A DNA stretch of 7,794 nt from Amoeboradix gromovi X-113 (lineage: Eukaryota; Fungi; Sanchytriomycota): positions 1-7,794 of the forward strand of contig JADGIF010000483.1 in assembly GCA_018985225.1 (NCBI GenBank), given 5' to 3'. This document shows, in pieces, positions 1-7,178 of this stretch. The notes under the pieces are model-generated. The model did no database searches, was not told the origin of the DNA, and was given only the letters and a program-made list of their open reading frames with translations. Every line of letters starts with the position of its first letter. The first letter of the stretch is position 1. Made by a program: the position numbers and the translations under genes.

Positions 1-135
1 GTATGTGATAGTTCTACTCGATTGATTTTATTTTTCTGAGATGTTTGTTTTGAAAAGTTTGTCTAGTTTTTGTAGATTTTATCCCAGTTGATATTCAATT
101 TGATGTTAGGTTGACGTAAAATAACTTTAGGACTT

Positions 136-163
136 AATTTGCAACAGAGTCTAAAATTTTGAT
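136..163. repeat. Dispersed intergenic repeat, copy 1 (matches 2556-2581)
   Basis: AATTTGCAACAGAGTCTAAAATTTTGAT versus AATTTGCTAC-GAGTCTAAAATTC-GAT, with an exact 12-nt core GAGTCTAAAATT. Confidence 0.5.
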
Positions 164-341
164 CTAGAAAGAGGTAATCTAATATGAAAGCACAAGTTTA
201 GTATAGCTAACGAGTTTAACTCTTTTCGACAAAGTTCATTTAGTCTGTTGGATTTCCATTTCCCTAATTTAGTAAACTATAACGTTGGAACCGTCGCACA
301 TGAGCAGGTTTTTTTGGTCCATCAAATGATTCGAGACGTCC

Positions 342-348
342 TATAAAA
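342..348 (+). promoter_or_regulatory. Candidate TATA box (TATAAAA) for the kinase gene
   Basis: CTATAAAAG lies about 20 nt upstream of the ATG at 368. The AT-rich background makes a chance match possible. Confidence 0.3.
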
Positions 349-367
349 GTTTTAATAACTCTTTATT

Positions 368-1525
368 ATGTGTTTTTGTATAAAATCAGTTAAAAAGAAA
401 TGTGTGGTTCTGGACCAACCAGACTTACCAGAGCCTTACCATTCTAAATATGAACTGGGTCAAATCTTAGGAAATGGTGGGTTTGGAAAAGTATTTTCTG
501 GGACGTCAAAAACTAGCAAGACTGCAATAGTTCTTAAAGTGTTACATAGAAAAGATTCTGACTTACCCAAGGAAGTTCAGATATTGCAAAATTTACCGAA
601 TCATCACAATGTTATCAAATACTTGGATCATTTTTATAACAACAGTTGGAACATCGTTCTTGAAAGATTCGGATATTTGTGGAATAATACAAGCTGTGAC
701 TTGTTTGAAATGATTGAGCATTATAACCATTCACGCAAAGATAGAATCGCAATCAATGAGAATTCTCCAGATTCGCTATGCATGTGTGAAGAGACAGTTA
801 GGATCATCATGACACAAGTAGTGAACGCGGTTGAGTTTCTTAGCTATCAAAACATCATACATCGCGATATCAAAGATGAAAATATTCTTGTGGACTTTAA
901 CCTTCATATAAAATTAGCCGATTTCGGTTCGGCCACTTTAATCAATTCAAATGTAAATAAATCAAAAGACGAAGCAGAATTGAACCGCTTTGGTGGTGTA
1001 TTTAATCAGTTCATGGGTACTATTCAGTATGCTTCCCCTGAAGTTGTTAGGTACCATGGATACTGTGGATTTATGCAAGAAGTATGGTCTCTTGGTATTT
1101 TGATGTTCACTTTGTTGTTTGGATACTCCCCATTTAAAAACAAAGGTGAAATTCTGTTCCGCGAGATAAAATTTAATAGCGTAAAACCACATCTGGCCAA
1201 ATCCATATCCAATGATTGCAAATCTCTGTTATTGGGCTGCCTATCTAGAAATATGCTTGAAAGGTACACATTAAATGACATAATGGATTCAAAATGGTTA
1301 GATTACACTCCCCAGCAATTTGTTGAACCGAGTGTATCGTGGGATATGGAAACCAACACGTTATACAACTTGTACTCTTTGGACAGGTACAGAAGCTGGT
1401 CTCTTGTGCGAAAGATAGGTGAGCCATTTGAGGTACTGTATTCCACAGTACCAAAAAGAGATAAGATATCTTCATTTGCAAGTAAGATTACAAGGAAAGA
1501 TACAAAGATTGGATTATCAAAATAA
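368..1525 (+). CDS. Ser/Thr protein kinase, CAMK group, PIM/PAS-kinase (PASK)-like catalytic domain, 385 aa
   Basis: Motifs present: Gly loop LGNGGFGKV, beta3 Lys (IVLK), alphaC Glu (PKEVQIL), HRDIKDENIL (KDEN is typical of PIM/PASK), DFGS, GTIQYASPE, EVWSLG and DLFEMI after the hinge. The catalytic residues appear intact. No PAS domain is present in this ORF. Confidence 0.93.
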   Translation: MCFCIKSVKKKCVVLDQPDLPEPYHSKYELGQILGNGGFGKVFSGTSKTSKTAIVLKVLHRKDSDLPKEVQILQNLPNHHNVIKYLDHFYNNSWNIVLERFGYLWNNTSCDLFEMIEHYNHSRKDRIAINENSPDSLCMCEETVRIIMTQVVNAVEFLSYQNIIHRDIKDENILVDFNLHIKLADFGSATLINSNVNKSKDEAELNRFGGVFNQFMGTIQYASPEVVRYHGYCGFMQEVWSLGILMFTLLFGYSPFKNKGEILFREIKFNSVKPHLAKSISNDCKSLLLGCLSRNMLERYTLNDIMDSKWLDYTPQQFVEPSVSWDMETNTLYNLYSLDRYRSWSLVRKIGEPFEVLYSTVPKRDKISSFASKITRKDTKIGLSK

Positions 1526-1526
1526 A
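1521..1526 (+). terminator. Poly(A)-signal-like AATAAA overlapping the kinase stop codon
   Basis: AATAAA at 1521-1526 includes the TAA at 1523-1525. Confidence 0.5.
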
Positions 1527-1590
1527 CTTATTTAAATACTAATTTCACAAGCGCTACTTAAAAGCAAGATTTAGATGAATAACTAGATGT

Positions 1591-1596
1591 TTTATT
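1591..1596 (-). terminator. Poly(A)-signal-like AATAAA directly after the 7-TM gene stop
   Basis: The minus strand reads TGA AATAAA (plus-strand TTTATT at 1591-1596, TCA at 1597-1599). Confidence 0.5.
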
Positions 1597-2421
1597 TCAA
1601 GCTGAGGCGTTCAACTGGATTTCTTGCATGGAAACAGAAATGCCCAAAGAAATTTTCGGAATCAAGCTCGCGCAATACAGTCGTTGCTTGAGTACAATTG
1701 CGGAGGCGGGGATTAAAAACCCTAAGGAGATTATAAGGATGTACATGCCAGTTGTATATAATAAGAATGGATCGTAGTTTGAATATCGTAATGTTGCTTG
1801 TATCATAAAGACTAAACCAGTTATTACTAAGCCAGACAGAGAAACAACTCCAAACTTGATCAGAAAAAGTTTTTTCAGTTCCTTGAGTGCTACCAATGAT
1901 GCTTCAATATCGCTGCCAATTGAATATTTAATGACCCTCAGTCTTTTCCAAAACAAATATTCCATAATAGTGTCACTGACAAAATTCCAAAAGAAGAATC
2001 CGGCTACAACAAACAAAAAACTCTCAACGCTTAAAAACACTGTAGCAATTAGAGGAACCAAGCAAAATATCATGTATCCCCATAGTAGGCTCTTTCCAAT
2101 TTCAGCATTTCCCACATGTTTATATGCCTCTGTGAACAGTTGACTGGATGTGTAAGTAGCTACTAAAGAGAAAACTACACCAAAAAAGCTGGAAATCAAG
2201 ACAAACATGAAGCCAAAATATGTTACTTCTGCCGCAGTACCAAGTTCCATAGTCAAGTCCCACATAGCTATGAACATACAGCATAAAGTAGCAAACATAT
2301 ATCGAATTGGCAAGTCTGCTTCTGGATGTGTCTCTCTGTATTTTCCTAATGACTTGAACGCATATCCATAATAAAATGTTGTGACAACTGCTGAAGCAAA
2401 AAGTCCAACGTATTCTGACAT
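1597..2421 (-). CDS. Hypothetical polytopic membrane protein with about 7 TM helices (GPCR-like topology), 274 aa
   Basis: Long ORF with seven hydrophobic segments visible by eye, a basic loop between TM5 and TM6 (WKRLRVIKY...LKELKK), and AATAAA immediately after the TGA on the minus strand. No family motif recognised. Confidence 0.8.
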   Translation of the reverse strand: MSEYVGLFASAVVTTFYYGYAFKSLGKYRETHPEADLPIRYMFATLCCMFIAMWDLTMELGTAAEVTYFGFMFVLISSFFGVVFSLVATYTSSQLFTEAYKHVGNAEIGKSLLWGYMIFCLVPLIATVFLSVESFLFVVAGFFFWNFVSDTIMEYLFWKRLRVIKYSIGSDIEASLVALKELKKLFLIKFGVVSLSGLVITGLVFMIQATLRYSNYDPFLLYTTGMYILIISLGFLIPASAIVLKQRLYCASLIPKISLGISVSMQEIQLNASA

Positions 2422-2555
2422 GGATATGCCATTTTACGCGATTTTTCTAAAAACCACGAGACTCTAACTGTTCAATACGCAGCTCTCTATTTCAATTGAC
2501 TAGGTCATTTATCATGATTATATGAGCTACATTGCTCCAATATGTCGTTTTTCAG

Positions 2556-2581
2556 AATTTGCTACGAGTCTAAAATTCGAT
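2556..2581. repeat. Dispersed intergenic repeat, copy 2 (matches 136-163)
   Basis: Same alignment as copy 1. It lies 135-160 nt upstream of the 7-TM gene ATG. Confidence 0.5.
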
Positions 2582-3139
2582 AGTTTTTCGTTCATCAATT
2601 GCAAATGACCAGGCCTCGCAAATCCATAATATTTTAAATCCGAAGAAATCACTAGTAGATACAGAACATCTTCCTAACTATTTAAAAACTGCTCCAAGAA
2701 GGGAAGATACAATGCATTAGTACGTATAGGTGAATTGAGATTACAAATAATAAATTTATTTCATTTTTTACCTAACTACATAAGCAAGATGCTATAAGAA
2801 TGGGTTTTAGTTCAATGGATGATCTGCAGTAATTTCAAGAACTCTATCTTTCCAATCGACCGTCTTTCTGTAGTTGTCTTATTTTTAAAAACTCGTTATA
2901 CTTTCTCGTCTATGACTAATGACTCAAAATAACCACAACATGCCAATTCGGAGATGCTGCTAGTAGATAAAAACATGATTTGGAAGTAAATAGAGATCAT
3001 GTTGCAGTAGGGAGCACATACTAGAATTATATCGATCCATATATCCTTGAGGGTATGGAAGAATGAGCGATCACAGTAACGGAGTTCCTGACTTATTTTG
3101 TCTGTGGACATTCTTTATTTTAGACATTTTAGGCTTTTA

Positions 3140-3205
3140 ATGGGAAGGACGCTATGTCATAAAGTTTTTGGTGTCAAGAATTTTCATTCAGCGAGTTCGG
3201 GGTGA
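3140..3205 (+). other. In-frame upstream ORF (MGRTLCHKVFGVKNFHSASSG*) ending 3 nt before the AlaRS ATG
   Basis: The ATG at 3140 is 69 nt (23 codons) upstream of 3209 in the same frame. TGA at 3203-3205 is followed by AAC ATG. Function is unproven. Confidence 0.3.
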
Positions 3206-3208
3206 AAC

Positions 3209-5994
3209 ATGACCTGGACTGTTGATGTCGTTCGCAAAACTTTTGTGGATTACTTTGGTAAACAGCAGCATCAAATTGTTTCTTCTTGTCCTGTTGTTTT
3301 GAATGACCCCACATTATTGTTTACCAATGCAGGTATGAATCCTTTCAAACCGTTTTTCCTCGGTTTGAAAGAACCGACACATCCTCGGATTGCTAATTAT
3401 CAAAAGTGTATACGCGCTGGTGGTAAGCACAATGATCTTGAGGATGTTGGTAGAGACTCTTATCACCATACTTTTTTCGAAATGTTGGGTAACTGGAGTT
3501 TTGGAGACTATTTTAAAAAAGAGGCAATATGCTGGGCATGGGATTTGTTAATTAACCATTACAAGCTGGATCCAAGCAGAATTTACGTCACAGTTTACAA
3601 AGGTAGTGACACTGTTCCCAAAGATGTCGAGGCAGCAAAAATTTGGTCTAAATTCCTTCCTTCTAGTCGAATTTTAGAGTTCGATGACACAGACAATTTT
3701 TGGGAAATGGGTGCTGTTGGTCCTTGCGGTCCTTGTAGCGAGGTTCACTATGATCTAATTGGAAATAGAGATGCTTCACAGTTCGTTAACATGGACGATC
3801 CTACTGTTATTGAGATATGGAATCTCGTATTTATTCAATACGATAGACAAGCGGATCATTCTTTGAAATCTCTTCCCAATAAACACGTTGATACAGGAAT
3901 GGGACTAGAGCGTATTTCCTGTATTCTTCAAAACAAGCACTCTAATTATGATATTGACACCTTTGCTCGCATATTTGCGTCCATACAACAACTCACTAAT
4001 GCACGATCTTATTCTGGTAAGTTTAATACTTCCGACGTCGGTGGAATAGACACTGCATATCGCGTAATTGCTGATCACATTCGAACTTTATGCTTCGCAA
4101 TTGGTGATCAAGTCTATCCTAGTAATGAAGGAAGAGGATATGTTTTACGTCGAATTTTAAGGCGAGGTATTAATTATGCTCGTAAACTGAATCCTGAAAT
4201 AACAAACCTCTTTAGCAGTCTAGTAAATGAAATATCACTAATATATGGCCATGTCTATCCCGAACTAGTTACGAATCAGTCTCTTATATACTCTATTATT
4301 CTGGATGAAGAGCTATCGTTCGGTAAAACCTTGGACAGGGGTCTCAAGTTATTTAACAATCTAACTCCAATTGCTAGCACTATTAGCGGAAAAGACGCGT
4401 TTAAGCTGTATGATACATTTGGGTTTCCGATGGATCTAACTCGATTGTTAGCCGATGAAAAGGGTCTACTAATAAATGAAGAGGAATTTGTACAGGAAAT
4501 GGAACTCGCCAAAGAGAAATCAAGACAAGTGGTGGGTAAAAAACAGTCTAATCTTGAGCTAGACGTACACTTATTGAACGAGTTACAATCAATGAATGTT
4601 CCTTTTACCGACGATAGCTTTAAGTATTCAATTGATGTTGTTGATTGTGAAATACTTCAGCTAGTGTATAACGGGAAACTTGTCAACAAAAGTGCTGGAA
4701 TCAATGATTTAATTGGTGTAATAACAAACAAAACATGTTTCTACGGTGAGTCTGGAGGTCAAGTTGGTGATGTTGGGTTAATAACTACAAACGACTGCAC
4801 ACTGACTGTTCTTGATACCATGAAATACAATCAGTATGTGCTTCATGTTTGTAAGGTAGATGGTGCGTTGGTGGTACCCTGTAGTGGTACAGCATCTATA
4901 GACATAGGTAATAGAAAATCAATAAAATCAAATCATACCGCAACACATGTACTGAACCACAAGCTAAGACATGTACTCGGTGACACTGTAGATCAAAAAG
5001 GATCACTCGTAACCAATGATAAATTGCGATTTGACTACTCATCAACAGGGCACCCTACAACAAAGGAATTACAATCGATTGAAGATTTGATAAACAAGGA
5101 TATTGAAAAAAATCACCGAGTACATTACAGAGAGGTAGAATTAAATATTGCTCGATTAATCAGCGGACTACGAGCAGTTTTCAATGAGCAATATCCAGAT
5201 CCTGTAAGAGTAGTAGCGATTGGAGTAGACTTGGACGAGGTGTTGTTAGATCCAATGAATGTAAAATGGAGAGAGTATTCGATCGAGTTTTGCGGTGGTA
5301 CTCATTTAGACTCTTTAAGTGGATGTAAAGAGTTTATGATCATTGAAGAAACTTCAATTGCAAAGGGAATTAGAAGAATTATAGGAATCACAGGAAAGCA
5401 ATGCAGAGAGTATGCGATGAATGCAGATACAATGACAGATGTTGTTACAAGCATGGAAAATACAAAAAGTAAGGAATCGATTGATCTGTCACAAGGATTG
5501 CTGTTAGACAGCATGCCACTGCCCTATCTAGTTAAATTAAACTTGAAAAACAGGTACGCCGCTGTTAAAACAGAAGTACTCGGAATCCTTAAGCAAAAAC
5601 AGATGAAATTGGTTGTGGAGATTCAAACAGAGATGAACGAATTTTTAATTGATAATAGTGTTTACATAAAAGTAGTACAGCTCGACAAAAAGATGTTACA
5701 GCAAGTTTTTGGAGTCTTAAAAGGAATGGGGAACAAGTCATGTGTGTTGATTAATAAATTGGACTGTGACAAAATAGGTTTTCAAGCCCAAGTAGGAAAG
5801 GTAACTTATGAATAATTTAGGAGATGATAGCGCAAGGATACTCAGCAAAGGATGCGTTAATGCCGGTTTCCATGTTACTAGAAGCCAAGATGGGAGGTAA
5901 TGAGCAATCGGCTCAAGGTCAAGGGAGTTTGAAGAACGATGACTTGATCGATAAAGCAGTTGTTTTATTGACAAATTATTTTAAAAATAAATGA
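3209..5994 (+). CDS. ALA1: Alanyl-tRNA synthetase (eukaryotic cytosolic type), join(3209..5800,5821..5994), 921 aa
   Basis: Catalytic-domain motifs DPTLLFTNAGMN, QKCIRAGGKHNDL, HHTFFEMLGNWSFGDYFK, NFWEMG.GPCGPCSE, DTGMGLER and GRGYVLRRILRR. Editing-domain motifs NHTATH and EFCGGTH. Splicing out 5801-5820 adds EMIAQGYSAKDALMPVSMLLEAKMGGNEQSAQGQGSLKNDDLIDKAVVLLTNYFKNK*, which carries the C-Ala/DHHA1 GG...SAQG.G signature. Confidence 0.97.
5801..5820 (+). other. 20-nt spliceosomal intron (phase 0) in AlaRS: GTAACTTATGAATAATTTAG
   Basis: Canonical AAG|GTAA...TAG|G context. The intron contains the in-frame TAA that ends the ORF-track ORF, and its removal restores the conserved C-Ala domain. Confidence 0.88.
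5986..5991 (+). terminator. Poly(A)-signal-like AATAAA directly before the spliced AlaRS stop
   Basis: AATAAA at 5986-5991 is followed by TGA at 5992-5994. Confidence 0.5.
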
Positions 5995-5995
5995 T

Positions 5996-6358
5996 TTAAC
6001 CGTGTAAGTAGCCAAGAAAGCATTTGTCAAGCAATAGCTCCACATTGACCCAAGAATGGTACCTTTGAAATTTGGCAGTTCCATCTTTACCAGCGACAGA
6101 TAACAACATTTCGACACCACCGGGATGAAATTTGAGATACGGCGTGATGTTATATACTTTGCCCATAATTGCAGTCCATGCGTCTTGCCTCGTATTGTGA
6201 ACAGATAATTCGGCCAAAGAAATACGGACGGGAGTCTGAAATCCTATTTTAAAACTATTTTTGGATTTAAGATTTGCCCAGTCTAAAGGAGAATATCCCG
6301 GATCGAGAGTAACCTTTTGACGGACTATTTTAGTGAAAGGTACAGATAAATTGCTCAT
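5996..6358 (-). CDS. IRC21: Soluble cytochrome b5-like heme-binding protein, Irc21 / CYB5R4-N-terminal-domain family, 120 aa
   Basis: RQKVTLDPGYSPLDWANL family motif, then HN...DAW, GKVYNITPYLKFHPGG (first heme His), AGKDGT and YHSWVN (second heme His). No C-terminal TM anchor. The ATG at 6358 is preferred over the non-ATG start at 6499. Confidence 0.9.
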   Translation of the reverse strand: MSNLSVPFTKIVRQKVTLDPGYSPLDWANLKSKNSFKIGFQTPVRISLAELSVHNTRQDAWTAIMGKVYNITPYLKFHPGGVEMLLSVAGKDGTAKFQRYHSWVNVELLLDKCFLGYLHG

Positions 6359-7142
6359 AAAATAAAGTTGTTTCGAATGGGTGCCCAAACATTTGAGACA
6401 CTTTATGAAAACGAGACTAGGAGATTGTTTCAATAAAATGTTACATTGTTTGAAAAAGAAACGAGGTTTAGCTTGTAGAAATAAAGTATTGTATAGCAAA
6501 ATGAATTCGATGTCTATTTTATATTTAGATCGAAATACATTAAAGCGAAAACGTCCTCCAGACTTTGTAGAGTCAGATCAAAAACGATTTTGTGATATTA
6601 AGATTGTTTCCAATTGTAAAATTATTACAATGACTTTAAAACGTGCATTAAGACATGAGAATTCAAAAAAGGTTATGGATAAATTAGAATTGATAGTGCC
6701 TTTTATCAGTTCAGCTTCAAAGATCATTTTTTATTTCTTGAATTGGTATACAACTGAATACAAACAACTATTCCCACTTACATATAAATTTGCTCAAAAT
6801 CATTTAGAATTGATCTTTAAAGTGATTTTAGGTCAAAGGTCTAGAATTAAAGACAAAAGTATGTCAGACTATGCTTATTTATTTCAATCTTTGGAACAAT
6901 TTCTAACTTTATTTCCAAATTTTCAATTAAAATGTCCTTTGGAATGTCATCAGAGTATGATGAATTTAGTTTGTATTACATTGAGCACCAACATCAATTT
7001 ATGTCACCTTCAATACTTTGATACAGAATAGTTGAACAACCAAGTGATCAAGATCATTAAAAGTAATATTATTGAAAAGACATTAGATAGAAAGAAACAA
7101 TCCAAGGCGATTGAAGCAGAATTAACAGAAGAGGTTCTAAAA

Positions 7143-7178
7143 GAAATTAAAATGGAAATTAAAATGGAAATCAAAAAG
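7143..7178 (+). repeat. 12-nt coding tandem repeat x3 (GAAATTAAAATG, GAAATTAAAATG, GAAATCAAAAAG = EIKM EIKM EIKK)
   Basis: Read directly from the sequence. Confidence 0.9.

Noticed and set aside
953-977. GTAAAT...AG micro-intron in the kinase activation loop
   Set aside because: The possible lengths (16, 22, 25 nt) are not multiples of three, so excision would frameshift an intact kinase.
962-1481. Minus-strand ORFs 962-1192, 1024-1281 and 1245-1481
   Set aside because: Short antisense shadows of the kinase with no recognisable motifs.
1856-2143. Plus-strand 95-aa ORF
   Set aside because: Non-ATG start and antisense to the 7-TM gene.
1597-2421. Microbial rhodopsin identity for the 7-TM protein
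   Set aside because: No retinal-binding Lys motif within TM7 and no recognisable helix C counter-ion motif.
5801-5815. AlaRS ending at VTYE* (868 aa) as in the ORF track
   Set aside because: These bases are intronic, and the conserved C-Ala motif follows in another frame from 5821.
4276-5974. Minus-strand ORFs 4276-4512, 5302-5514 and 5738-5974
   Set aside because: Antisense shadows of AlaRS, including its second exon.
6379-6405. Resemblance of GGGTGCCCAAACATTTGAGACACTTTA to a Tc1/mariner terminal repeat
   Set aside because: Only a loose likeness from memory, with no partner TIR or transposase in the window. Kept only as a candidate boundary palindrome.
6359-6499. 47-aa N-terminal extension of cytochrome b5, and the GTG start at 6381 for the Fanzor-like ORF
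   Set aside because: Both use non-ATG starts in a eukaryotic context and would overlap head-to-head. ATG 6358 and ATG 6501 fit better.
7029-7031. Genome-wide TAG/TAA-to-Gln reassignment (aphelid- or ciliate-type code)
   Set aside because: The long host ORFs contain no in-frame TAA or TAG, and two genes end plausibly at TAA.
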